This document shows positions 41,904 through 50,956 of a stretch of 64,000 nucleotides of DNA, piece after piece. The notes beneath the pieces were generated by a model. The model saw nothing but the letters and a program-made list of their open reading frames with translations. It searched no databases and had not been told where the DNA came from. Each line of letters opens with the position of its first letter. The first letter of the stretch is position 1. Both the position numbers and the translations under genes were made by a program. Source of the DNA: an uncultured Candidatus Saccharibacteria bacterium (GTDB taxonomy: Bacteria > Patescibacteriota > Saccharimonadia > Saccharimonadales > UBA4665); contig CAYZGW010000002.1 of assembly GCA_964478195.1 (NCBI GenBank), forward strand, positions 1,109-65,108, given 5' to 3'.

Positions 41904-44090
41904 TTACTGGAGCTGAGCCGTTACTTCGGCAAAGGCGGCAGCCTGTGTTTTGACTGCAATACCCGAGGTCTTTATATAGCTGAGCTCGGTGTTTAGGTTG
42001 GCGGTTTTTACGGCGTCCGTGTCGCCAGCTGCGATCGTATTTTCAACTTGATGGTATACCAATACGAGCCAGGTCTTTTGTGTTTGAGCCTGCTGTACCC
42101 ACGCTTTCACTTGGGCAACAGTGGTGGTAGCCGTAACGTTTTGTACGACAATGTTATATGGGTTAAAGTTGTCTTTACTGTTAAATCCAACGTCGGTCGA
42201 GCGATGAGAGACGTAGTATTTCTTTACCGCAGTAAGAACTGTGTCGTTGTAGCTACCATAGGGAGTTGCAAATTCGCTGGCGACGCTACTACCGAAGTTG
42301 CTGCGAAGCGTAGCTTGCGACTGGCTGAGTTCGGTGTTTAGCTGTGCGGCGGTAAGGGTTGTAAGGTCGGCATGATCTACTGTATGCGAGCCAATTTCGC
42401 TACCTTGTGTTTGAAAAGCTTTAATTTGCGCCTTGGTCATATAGCCGGTAGTACCGATGTTACCGCTAATGATGTACTGTGTCGATGGCAAGCCGTATTT
42501 TTGGAGCAGGGGAAGACCGTTGGTGTATATATTTTTCCAGCCATCATCAAAGTCGATGCTGACCAAACCTTCACTGAAACCGGTAGGGTTGTAGGTTGTT
42601 AAATTGTAGTCGTCGGTTTCAACCCAACCAGCATTTGAAATCAACAGGTATACAGTAGCGTCTTGAGCGCCGGTAGGAGCGGTGAAGCTGCTGGTGTACT
42701 GTGTCCAGTTCGTGCTAGTGACGCCAAGGGGCAGAGCCAGTGTTTCGTAGCTGGTTGAGCCATCCTTCATAGTAAAGGCGGCAACTGCATGTACCTGAGT
42801 ACTGGCCTTAATCCAGGCTGAAAAATGGTAGCTGTCCCCGTCCTTTAGGCCGGTTACTGGGTTAAAGTACCATTTGGCATCCCCGTCAGTATAGCTCCCG
42901 ATAACCGCCTTAACGCTTTTATTACCCGTGTGTGCGTCGCTACTGTATGAGAAACTGGCGTCATTAGTGCCCCAGCTACTTGGTATCCAACTGTCAGGAG
43001 TGGTGCCATCGCTGGAAGTCTCAACTGATGGGTTCGCAATAGCCAGCGGCGTTGACTGCGGAGGAGGGGTAGTTGTACTAGTCACTAAGCTAACGTCATC
43101 AAGGCTCAGGCTGCCTAAAGCACTAAGTAAATGGTAGAGCGTTACAGATTTGGCGTTAGCGGGCGCGGTGAAAGTTGCCGTATAGTTCGTCCAAGTGCTG
43201 GTTGCAGCGGCAAGTGGCAGCTCGGCGTAGGCGGTGGTGTCATCAGTACTGGTGTATGCTGCTACAACATGCGTTGCTACGCTTGCAGTATAGAAGTCGC
43301 TATATGTGTAGGCCTGGCCAGCGGTAATGGCGGCTGGGTTAGCATACCACTTAGCGTCGCCACTTGTGTAGCTGGTAATTGTAACACGGGCGCTCTTGCT
43401 GCCAGTATGGCCAGTTTGATCGTAACTAAAGCTGGCGTCATTAGTGCCCCAGCTACCATTCTGCCAGTTGGCTGGCAAACTGCCATTTGCCGTTTCAAAA
43501 GAAGGGTTCGCAATTAGATTACCCGCAGCGGGTGGGGTAACTGGTGTTGTAGCTGCACTGCTAAGGCTAGCGTCATCAATGATTAGGTTACCAGCAGTAG
43601 CCAGAATATGCATAACTGCTACTTTGGTCGCGCTAGCCGGAACCGTAAAGGTAGCATTTGCCTGTTGCCAGCTGCTCGCGGCTGCTGTGGCGGTAATGTA
43701 CCCGTAGCTGACAGCTCCAGATGCATCAATATATTCTGCATCGAGCTCAGTCGGCACACTCGCTTGGTAAAAATCACTGTATGTATATTGCTGGCCACCT
43801 GTTACTGCTACTGCATCAGGAACCCACTTAGCGTCGCCACTAGTACGTGCAGTGCTAGTGATGGACAGGGCTTCGCTACCGCTGTGCGCATTACTGGTCA
43901 GCTGCAATGTAGTGCTGCTAGTGCCCCAGGTGTTGGCTGTCCAACCTGTGGGCTGTCCGCTTACAATTGCTTCTGCAGAAGGGTTGCTAATAAGGTTTGG
44001 GCTGTCCGCAGCGACAGTTAGGTATAGGCTATTTGCTACAGTAGTGGTAAGTAGAACTATAGCTACTAGGAATGAGAACAGACGCTTCAT
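41904..44090 (-). CDS. Secreted protein with three tandem CBM-like modules and a C-terminal polysaccharide deacetylase (CE4/NodB) domain
   Basis: Start at MKRLFSFLVAIV (44090) with GGAGAGGAG upstream. Three ~145-aa repeats, each containing NPSxE...W...SGDAKW...Y. CE4 motifs SIDFDDGW and GSHTVDH. Confidence 0.8.
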   Translation of the reverse strand: MKRLFSFLVAIVLLTTTVANSLYLTVAADSPNLISNPSAEAIVSGQPTGWTANTWGTSSTTLQLTSNAHSGSEALSITSTARTSGDAKWVPDAVAVTGGQQYTYSDFYQASVPTELDAEYIDASGAVSYGYITATAAASSWQQANATFTVPASATKVAVMHILATAGNLIIDDASLSSAATTPVTPPAAGNLIANPSFETANGSLPANWQNGSWGTNDASFSYDQTGHTGSKSARVTITSYTSGDAKWYANPAAITAGQAYTYSDFYTASVATHVVAAYTSTDDTTAYAELPLAAATSTWTNYTATFTAPANAKSVTLYHLLSALGSLSLDDVSLVTSTTTPPPQSTPLAIANPSVETSSDGTTPDSWIPSSWGTNDASFSYSSDAHTGNKSVKAVIGSYTDGDAKWYFNPVTGLKDGDSYHFSAWIKASTQVHAVAAFTMKDGSTSYETLALPLGVTSTNWTQYTSSFTAPTGAQDATVYLLISNAGWVETDDYNLTTYNPTGFSEGLVSIDFDDGWKNIYTNGLPLLQKYGLPSTQYIISGNIGTTGYMTKAQIKAFQTQGSEIGSHTVDHADLTTLTAAQLNTELSQSQATLRSNFGSSVASEFATPYGSYNDTVLTAVKKYYVSHRSTDVGFNSKDNFNPYNIVVQNVTATTTVAQVKAWVQQAQTQKTWLVLVYHQVENTIAAGDTDAVKTANLNTELSYIKTSGIAVKTQAAAFAEVTAQLQ

Positions 44091-44382
44091 GAAACTCCTC
44101 TCCACGAGCAAGGTTAGTACGAACGTTAATCAGTATTTAGAATACAACTTTACCTAAGTATAGTCAAGTCTCTTAACAGATAGCACTAGTGTTTATTTAT
44201 ACATGATATTTACAAAACCACACATATAGTGTAAAATGAGCCTAGATTTGAGCTCGACTCTGCCTGCGGACATATATTCCTATGTACAGCGCCGATACAA
44301 ATTGAGGTAAATTGGGGATCTGTTTTTGTTAACCGCAGGAACGGTGTCCTTTTAAGTGTGTAGTTTGTAAGGAGTGTCTATA

Positions 44383-44553
44383 ATGTACGGAAAAGGCCTT
44401 GGTACAGTCAATGTTGCTACCGGTATCTCGCTGCTCACGCCTCAGCATGACCACGTGCTGTTTCTCATTGGTGCGACTCTGCTGGTGAGCGGTTTAGTAA
44501 TCCTAACAGCTTCATTTGTGGCTGGCCGCCGCAGGCACGCTGCAGCCGAATAA
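44383..44553 (+). CDS. Small (56 aa) membrane protein, not in the ORF track
   Basis: AAGGAG 7-12 nt upstream of the ATG. One TM (VLFLIGATLLVSGLVILTASFVA) followed by a basic tail GRRRH. A terminator follows. Confidence 0.4.
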   Translation: MYGKGLGTVNVATGISLLTPQHDHVLFLIGATLLVSGLVILTASFVAGRRRHAAAE

Positions 44554-44572
44554 GTGCGGTCAAGAATTTAGT

Positions 44573-44603
44573 AAAAACGATGGTTTAGCGACCATCGTTT
44601 TTT
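44573..44603. terminator. Bidirectional Rho-independent terminator
   Basis: AAAAACGATGGT ttagcg ACCATCGTTTTTT, lying between the convergent small ORF and the GT2 gene. Confidence 0.7.
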
Positions 44604-44621
44604 GTAACTCTTCTTGGCTTT

Positions 44622-45890
44622 TTAAGCAATGTCTTTTAGTGCGGCCGCATTTAGCGCGTAGCGACGACCTTCTGTAGCCCAGCCCTTCACTTCTTCCTGG
44701 AACTTATGTAAGACTAGAATTTCAAACCCAGACCACAGGTAAATACTGATCTCTATCCAGCGTAAAAAGTAGAAATATGGCAGTGCACCAAGCAGGTTCC
44801 AGCGACGAGCTACCACTGATGCCCAGGCGGCGATAAGACTGTTTAAAATAAAGTCAACGGTTATAGCTACTGGCACGTACATAAAGTCGTGACGGAGCCA
44901 GACGATTAGCGGAATGAGTATCAAAAGCTGGAGCATAAAAAATGCCGTCTGGAGCATTTGAAAGCCCAGGCTAATGTCGATACGCTGGCTATGTAAACCG
45001 ATTCGATATTTCTTGACCCCCTGGAAGAAGCCGCGTTGCCAGCGTTGGGTTTGCTTGCAAAAGTCCTTTAGCGTCTGTGGATCTTGGGTGTAGTTAACTG
45101 CTTGCGGGATATAAAGGATCTTGCCCAAATTGTAACGGTGGACCTGAAGCGTTATATCAAAGTCTTCGGTCATGGTTTTGGCCTCAAAATCAAGCTTTGA
45201 TAAGATGTCTGTTCGGAAGCAGGTGATAGGTCCTGGGAAAACAGATATCATGCCAAGCTTTGACTGGATGCGACGGTTTATGTGTTGGCTAAACGTGTAT
45301 GAAAGTGCACGGTAGGTGCACAGCCAGTTACCGCGCAAACTCTGCACAAAACCAACGGCAACCGCATATTTCTTGTGATCAAGCTTGCGGCGGTAGATTC
45401 TAAAGTAGTCGGATGAGAAGATGCTGTCTGCATCGGCAACGTGCAGCCATTGGTAGTGCTGTTCAATCTTAAACTTCTTTATTGCCTTTTTAACGGCTAA
45501 CGCCTTACCGCTACGTTTGACTGTTAGTACGTTCTGTTTTCCAAGCAGGCTAATAGCGATTTCGCGCGTCTTGTCGTCTGATGCATCGTCAACAACGTAT
45601 ATGTCACGCTTATTTTGACCTGCTACAATTGCCGATCTGATTGTGGTGGCGATAATGAGCTCTTCATTGTGGCCCGGCAAGAGCAAGGCTAGTTTCTTAC
45701 GGGCATGGCGGTGTGAGGTAGGCATGTTATTGTGACTTGTCTTTGAAGCTGTGGCCGCAGGCCGTTCTATAAGCATAATCGGTCGACGCTGATAATCTAG
45801 GGCAGTGTCAACGGCCTGAATTTCAGTAGTGCGGTGCAGATACGTTGCATCGCCCCTAGATTTAATAGCAGCTGGGGTAGTCGGCCTCAT
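44622..45890 (-). CDS. Processive family-2 glycosyltransferase (cellulose/chitin/PNAG synthase-like)
   Basis: YVVDDASDD, HVADADS (DxD), MTEDFD (TED) and QTQRWQRG (QxxRW), with TM helices at the C-terminus. The true start may be an internal Met. Confidence 0.85.
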   Translation of the reverse strand: MRPTTPAAIKSRGDATYLHRTTEIQAVDTALDYQRRPIMLIERPAATASKTSHNNMPTSHRHARKKLALLLPGHNEELIIATTIRSAIVAGQNKRDIYVVDDASDDKTREIAISLLGKQNVLTVKRSGKALAVKKAIKKFKIEQHYQWLHVADADSIFSSDYFRIYRRKLDHKKYAVAVGFVQSLRGNWLCTYRALSYTFSQHINRRIQSKLGMISVFPGPITCFRTDILSKLDFEAKTMTEDFDITLQVHRYNLGKILYIPQAVNYTQDPQTLKDFCKQTQRWQRGFFQGVKKYRIGLHSQRIDISLGFQMLQTAFFMLQLLILIPLIVWLRHDFMYVPVAITVDFILNSLIAAWASVVARRWNLLGALPYFYFLRWIEISIYLWSGFEILVLHKFQEEVKGWATEGRRYALNAAALKDIA

Positions 45891-46030
45891 TAGTAATTCT
45901 CCGGCTATTATATTATCATAAAATATGTATATTTACAAATATATTTTCTGGAGATTAGTTTATTGTGAGGCAGAAGGGCGGTGCACTATTAAAATGATAT
46001 GTTTGTCTGAGCTTGAAAAGGCTACTCTAG

Positions 46031-46618
46031 CTAGACTAATGCCACAATGCGCTGGACGATAGTTTCTACGGCTGCCGTAATGTCGCCATCACCCTCTATC
46101 TCTACGACGTTGTAGCCATCATTCGCAAAGGTTGTATAATCATTCACGAACCGGCTGAAAGTGTTCTCAGAGGGTCCATGGCCACCTTGTTTCTTGCGTT
46201 CTTCAACCCGTTGCTTGGCTATCTCTGGAGCGATGTTTACCTCGACCACCAGGATGGGCAGCGTAACATGGCATTCTTCGGCGTGCTCTTTAAACCGGTC
46301 GACCATCTTATTGAAGATTTCAAGATTGGTAAAGGGCTGATTCCACATCACAATCTTGTGGTCGGCAATGCCCTGATAAGCTTTACCCCGTGAAAAGCGG
46401 TAAGCGTGCAGTGCAGGGTCAACGCCTTCAGCGATTTGGGCTGCGACATGGTCTTTATATTCCTGGCTTTCGTAGTCAATTGCATCAGGGTCAAGCATAA
46501 TGGTCACATCTTTGCCAAGAGCTTCTACGAGCTTAGCTGCAAGGTACGACTTTCCACTACCGGGTAGGCCGCGGATTAGGACAATAATAGGGTGTTGCAT
46601 GGTTTCGTATAGAGTCAT
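46031..46618 (-). CDS. P-loop kinase-like ATP-binding protein (AAA_33-like)
   Basis: Walker A IRGLPGSGKSYLA; 195 aa. No substrate-specific motif recognised. Confidence 0.7.
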   Translation of the reverse strand: MTLYETMQHPIIVLIRGLPGSGKSYLAAKLVEALGKDVTIMLDPDAIDYESQEYKDHVAAQIAEGVDPALHAYRFSRGKAYQGIADHKIVMWNQPFTNLEIFNKMVDRFKEHAEECHVTLPILVVEVNIAPEIAKQRVEERKKQGGHGPSENTFSRFVNDYTTFANDGYNVVEIEGDGDITAAVETIVQRIVALV

Positions 46619-46755
46619 ATGGGTTTCCTAAATTGATCTTTAAGCAATGATATATGCTTTTGAAATGAAAAGCTACGCCTGGACAAGGGTTTGATGGGTA
46701 ACTTACATGACGTGCTACACTTGAACATAAGTATCCACTTAGATTAAAGGAATAT

Positions 46756-47781
46756 ATGGTAGCACTTGATCACTTTTCAGATAAAACAACTATTACGCTG
46801 CTGCTCAGTTTCGTGTCGTTTTGTATAGCGATGCTGCTGACGCCGGTGTATACGCATTTTGCGTATAAGTACAAATGGTGGAAACGGCCGCGCACGCATG
46901 ATGCTAACGGTCAAGAGCTCAAGGTAATCAATGCACTGCGTATTAAACGTACTATTCCACGCATGGCAGGGATGGTGACGATACTGGCCGTTGCTATTGT
47001 AACCCTTGTCTTTAACTTGAATCGTCATCAGACGTGGCTACCGCTAGCCTCGCTTGTGGGCGGTGGGTTACTCGGGTTGATTGACGATATCATAAATGTC
47101 AGTGGTCGTGGCGGAAAAGTAGCTGGGCTTCGTGCGCCCCTCAAGCTTGCGCTCATTACCATCATTGCCGCTGCCGGTGCCTGGTTCTTTTATTACAAAC
47201 TTGGCTACAATTCGGTACGCGTACCGTTTGCCGGCGATTTCAATCTTGGCTGGTGGCTCGTCCCACTCTTTATGCTAGTTGTGGTGAGCACCGGGAATGC
47301 CGTAAATATTACTGACGGCGTTGACGGGCTAGCCGGCGGATTATTGGCCACTGCCTATGGTGCCTATGGTGTAATTGCCCTGTTTCAGCATAACTATGGC
47401 ATTGCCGGCTTTTGTACGACGGTAGTTGGCGCGTTGCTATCTTATCTATGGTTCAACATTGCTCCGGCCCGCTTTGTGATGGGGGACATCGGCTCATTTG
47501 GACTTGGTACGGCACTTGGGGTGGTCGCGATGCTTACCAATACATTGCTGCTGCTGCCGCTTATTGGCCTGGTATTTGTGGCGGAGGCCGGCTCGAGTCT
47601 AATCCAGATCTTGTCTAAAAAGTTCTTCCATCGCAAGGTCTTTATCGCTGCACCGATTCACCATCATATCGAAGCCAAAGGCTGGGAAAAAACCAAGATC
47701 ACTATGCGTTTTTGGCTGCTTGGCGAGATGTTCGCCATTGCCGGCTTGATCATTGCATTCCTGGGCGGTTACGTTAAGTAG
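46756..47781 (+). CDS. mraY: Phospho-N-acetylmuramoyl-pentapeptide transferase MraY
   Basis: GLIDD, NAVNITDGVDGLAGG, GDIGSFGLG, APIHHHIE; about 10 TM helices. Confidence 0.9.
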   Translation: MVALDHFSDKTTITLLLSFVSFCIAMLLTPVYTHFAYKYKWWKRPRTHDANGQELKVINALRIKRTIPRMAGMVTILAVAIVTLVFNLNRHQTWLPLASLVGGGLLGLIDDIINVSGRGGKVAGLRAPLKLALITIIAAAGAWFFYYKLGYNSVRVPFAGDFNLGWWLVPLFMLVVVSTGNAVNITDGVDGLAGGLLATAYGAYGVIALFQHNYGIAGFCTTVVGALLSYLWFNIAPARFVMGDIGSFGLGTALGVVAMLTNTLLLLPLIGLVFVAEAGSSLIQILSKKFFHRKVFIAAPIHHHIEAKGWEKTKITMRFWLLGEMFAIAGLIIAFLGGYVK

Positions 47782-47860
47782 CGCGCCTGCTGCCTTCCTC
47801 TAAAACTATCTTCTCCGCCGTGTTAAGTAAACGATTATAATTGCGCTGCTGGTCAGGCTA

Positions 47861-47889
47861 TTGACAAGTGGAGGCGGGCTCCGTATATT
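47861..47889 (+). promoter_or_regulatory. Near-consensus sigma-70 promoter
   Basis: TTGACA (47861-47866) - 17 nt - TATATT (47884-47889), about 50 nt upstream of the 47941 ORF. Confidence 0.55.
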
Positions 47890-47940
47890 CGTAAGCGGAG
47901 CTATACTCCACTTTATAGTCAAAAAAGGGAGATTCTTCAG

Positions 47941-48609
47941 ATGAGTGAACAGTATGCACGTACAAATGATTACCCTGAGCTCGGGATTGTTCCCGATCCA
48001 CAAGTCGCCTGGCAAGCGCACGCGGAAATGCCGACATCTAAGATTGACGAGGCCTGGGAATGGATAAGTCGCCTGGGACTAGTGGGTGATGAAGTTGCAG
48101 GCGGCGAAAATGCGGCCGGCTGGGGTCTTCCTGATAGTAGATGGGTACCCAAAACGCTACGATCTCCAGCTACACTTGAAGGTACAAGAGTCTTAGAAGC
48201 GGGCATGAAGGTGCGAGATGCACTCGAAGGCTCTTATGCTGAGGTAATTGAAATTGATCACGATAGAAAGACGGTACTTTTCAAAAGTGATTGGCCTCCA
48301 AAGAGTCCAGGCGAACCGCCAATGTTATATACCTATCGAATAACCTTGGAGCCAGGCTGGAGGGGGGATAATGCAATTATAACAACAGATATGCGTGCCA
48401 CAAACGTACGGCATCCGCGGCTGATGCAACGATTTGGTCCGAGTCTGGACCAGAAGGCGATGGAGGTCTTTGCTCGGGGGCTCGCTAGACGTGTTGATCC
48501 TGAACAAGCTGGAATTGCCGATAAGGCTAAGGCTAGAAAGCATTTAGGGTACGCAGCGGCGATTGGTGTTGGGGTTGCAGGGTGGAAGCTGGCACGGCAT
48601 AGAAATTAA
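47941..48609 (+). CDS. Hypothetical tail-anchored protein
   Basis: 222 aa with GGGAG 7 nt upstream and a C-terminal TM (AAAIGVGVAGWKLA). Family unknown. Confidence 0.55.
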   Translation: MSEQYARTNDYPELGIVPDPQVAWQAHAEMPTSKIDEAWEWISRLGLVGDEVAGGENAAGWGLPDSRWVPKTLRSPATLEGTRVLEAGMKVRDALEGSYAEVIEIDHDRKTVLFKSDWPPKSPGEPPMLYTYRITLEPGWRGDNAIITTDMRATNVRHPRLMQRFGPSLDQKAMEVFARGLARRVDPEQAGIADKAKARKHLGYAAAIGVGVAGWKLARHRN

Positions 48610-49240
48610 GGCGAGTGTCACGCCCAGTCGGCGGTCAGTTGAGGAAGCGGCTAATACAGCGGTTGTAACGCAGCCGGTTGAGGCTTCGCTGGGTAGTTAT
48701 ATAGCCGGCAGAGGTATTAAAGGCTACCAATTGTGGGCAGAAAATAATCCGCTTCGAGCTACCACTCTTGAAACCATTGCAGCCTATGTAGTGCGCAAGG
48801 CTGGCAATCAGCATGGTCTGCATCTTGGGAATGGTCATACGCGGGATCTCATTGATAAAGCAGCAGGCCACCCGTTACTGGCGATTATTGGAACGACAGC
48901 GGTGTCGCCCATCGGTGAAGAATGGGTGAATCGTCGACTCATTCCTTCAATCCTAAAAAGACGATTGGGTGCCGAAGAGCAATCTTCCGCTACTCAACTA
49001 GCAGAACAGATGGCAGTGGTTTTATTTGCTGCAAGACACGCCGGCAATCCCTTTACACAGAAAGGGAGAGGTAACATGGCAATCCCGATTACGCCATTTT
49101 TGATGGGAGAGCACTTTCAGTATATAGCAAAGAAGCGAGGACTTGGCTACAGCATTGTTTCTCATGCAATTAACAACACGTTGGGCGCAGTTGAAGGCGC
49201 TCCGCAAGTGATACGTGTACGAAACCATTCTAGGCGGTAG
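48563..49240 (+). CDS. CPBP (CAAX protease/bacteriocin-processing)-like protein, atypically polar; start uncertain
   Basis: Three CPBP-like motifs in order: SPIGEEWVNRRL (EExxxR), VLFAARHAG (FxxxH), SHAINNTLG (HxxxN). The track start is TTG and overlaps the upstream ORF by 47 nt. Confidence 0.45.
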   Translation: MVLGLQGGSWHGIEIKASVTPSRRSVEEAANTAVVTQPVEASLGSYIAGRGIKGYQLWAENNPLRATTLETIAAYVVRKAGNQHGLHLGNGHTRDLIDKAAGHPLLAIIGTTAVSPIGEEWVNRRLIPSILKRRLGAEEQSSATQLAEQMAVVLFAARHAGNPFTQKGRGNMAIPITPFLMGEHFQYIAKKRGLGYSIVSHAINNTLGAVEGAPQVIRVRNHSRR

Positions 49241-49259
49241 TGGCTTAAACTGCCTCGCT

Positions 49260-50780
49260 CTACAGATCTTGGAAGATAGTGACCTGTGCGCCCAAGCTGT
49301 TCAAACGCTCGGCTAGGTCTTCATAGCCTCGGTTGATTGTGTAGATGTTGCGGAGCGTACTAATGCCATCAGCAGCCAACATACCAATTAGCAGCAAACT
49401 AGCAGGGCGCAGAGCCGGAGGGCATACCACATCGGCTCTAGTGAACTTGGATGGCCCTAGTACGTACAAACGGTGTGGGTCGGCCAGTTCTACCTGAGCG
49501 CCAATCTTGGTGAGTTCGGTGTAGTAAATAGCGCGGTTTTCGTAAATCCAGTCGTGGATAAGGGTGCGACCCTTGGCCAGACAGGCAACCAGTACGAAGT
49601 AGGGCAGGTTATCTGGGTTAATGCCAGGGAATAGGTTGGGATGTATCTTGTCGATAAGGGCTAATAGTTTGTGGTTATGCTTGTGTACTGTTATGTCGGC
49701 TAGGTCAATCTGACCGTTTTCGGCCTTGTAGGGCTCGCTCATGGTAAACTGCAAACCCATCTTCTTAAGCTTCAGTAACTCAAGAGCAATCCAGCGATAA
49801 GGAACGCGCTCAATAGTGATTTCCGAGTTAGTAACAGCGGCCGCGGTAATGAAGAACATCGCTTCAATAGGGTCCTCGGTGGGTGAGTAGGTGATGTTTT
49901 TCTTGATGAACGATACGCCAGTGACACGAACAAATGGAGTACCAATGCCTTCAATCTTGACGCCCAGTTTCTGTAAGAAATAGCAGAGATCCTGCACCAT
50001 GTAGTCGCCACTAACGCCTTGAATGAATACCGGACTGTCGGTACGGGCTGCCGCCATAAGCGCGTTGTTGGTAGCAGTGTTACTCTGCTCGTACAATGTA
50101 AATTCTTTGGGTGCCTTTTTGTCGACAGTGACGTTATAGTGACCTTCGGTAGCTACAATATCAACACCAAATTGCTCAAGTGCAAACAGGTGTGGCTCTA
50201 CGGTACGCTCCCCTAGCTTACAGCCGCCAGCGTAAGGAATCTTAAATTCCTCATAGTCGTGCATCAGGCTGCCCATTAGCATCAGTACGGAGCGGGTTTT
50301 ACGGGCCGCTACTTTATCCATTTTTTCAAGATTGAGTTTCTCTGGTCGGCGGATCTCTAGGTCATTGCCATTATGCCATTTGGTTTGTACGCCAATGCTG
50401 TTTAGCACTTCAATAATGCGGTTGACTTCCTCGATATGCGGGAAGTTGCGAAACTTGGTTACGCCATAGTTAAGTAAACTAGCGCACAATAGTGCTACCG
50501 CAGCATTTTTGCTAGTTTTAAGCTGGATATTGCCGCTTAGCTCATGTCCGCCCTCGATGCGTAGGTTTACGCTGCCACTACCCAGTGAAATGATCTGTTT
50601 GTTGAGTGCTTCGCTAAGGCGCCCGAGCGTCTCTAGGCTCAAGTTTTGCTTACCTTTTTCGATCCGGTTGACAGCGGATTGGGAAGTCCCAAGCCGTTCA
50701 GCGAATTCAGCCTGTGTCATGCCGCGTTCCTGTCGTACGCGAGCTATAAAATCGCCTATTTTTTCGTTGGTTGTTGCCAT
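49260..50780 (-). CDS. murA: XRE-family HTH domain fused to UDP-N-acetylglucosamine 1-carboxyvinyltransferase (MurA)
   Basis: Residues 1-66 form an HTH_3 domain (RQERGMTQAEFAERLGTSQSAVNRIEKGKQN). The remainder is a full EPT fold with KTSKNAAVALL, YAGGCKLGERTVEP, GINPDN, PPALRPAS and TINRGYEDLAERL. Confidence 0.85.
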   Translation of the reverse strand: MATTNEKIGDFIARVRQERGMTQAEFAERLGTSQSAVNRIEKGKQNLSLETLGRLSEALNKQIISLGSGSVNLRIEGGHELSGNIQLKTSKNAAVALLCASLLNYGVTKFRNFPHIEEVNRIIEVLNSIGVQTKWHNGNDLEIRRPEKLNLEKMDKVAARKTRSVLMLMGSLMHDYEEFKIPYAGGCKLGERTVEPHLFALEQFGVDIVATEGHYNVTVDKKAPKEFTLYEQSNTATNNALMAAARTDSPVFIQGVSGDYMVQDLCYFLQKLGVKIEGIGTPFVRVTGVSFIKKNITYSPTEDPIEAMFFITAAAVTNSEITIERVPYRWIALELLKLKKMGLQFTMSEPYKAENGQIDLADITVHKHNHKLLALIDKIHPNLFPGINPDNLPYFVLVACLAKGRTLIHDWIYENRAIYYTELTKIGAQVELADPHRLYVLGPSKFTRADVVCPPALRPASLLLIGMLAADGISTLRNIYTINRGYEDLAERLNSLGAQVTIFQDL

Positions 50781-50956
50781 ATTGCTTATCTAGTATATCA
50801 CAAAATGCATACAAACAAGTTAGTGGCGTTGTAATTTCTTTAAAAGCTATAGTTAGTATAGTCGGGCTCTTGCCAAAATGCTAGACTAACCACTATGGTG
50901 TAATATCTCTGCTCCACTGGTTATACTAAGATGTGAAGAAATGAGGAGTAGGGGTA

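Noticed and set aside
42048-44157. Series of plus-strand ORFs (42048-42341, 42928-43137, 43131-43517, 43444-43707, 43608-44021, 43852-44157)
   Set aside because: All are antisense to the 3xCBM-CE4 gene. They arise from its Thr/Ser/Ala-rich repeats and are not independent genes.
46031-46618. P-loop kinase next to mraY as a zeta-toxin-like (UDP-GlcNAc kinase) toxin
   Set aside because: Only a generic Walker A is recognisable. There is no adjacent small antitoxin ORF and no zeta-specific motifs that I can see, so I left it as a generic AAA_33-like kinase.
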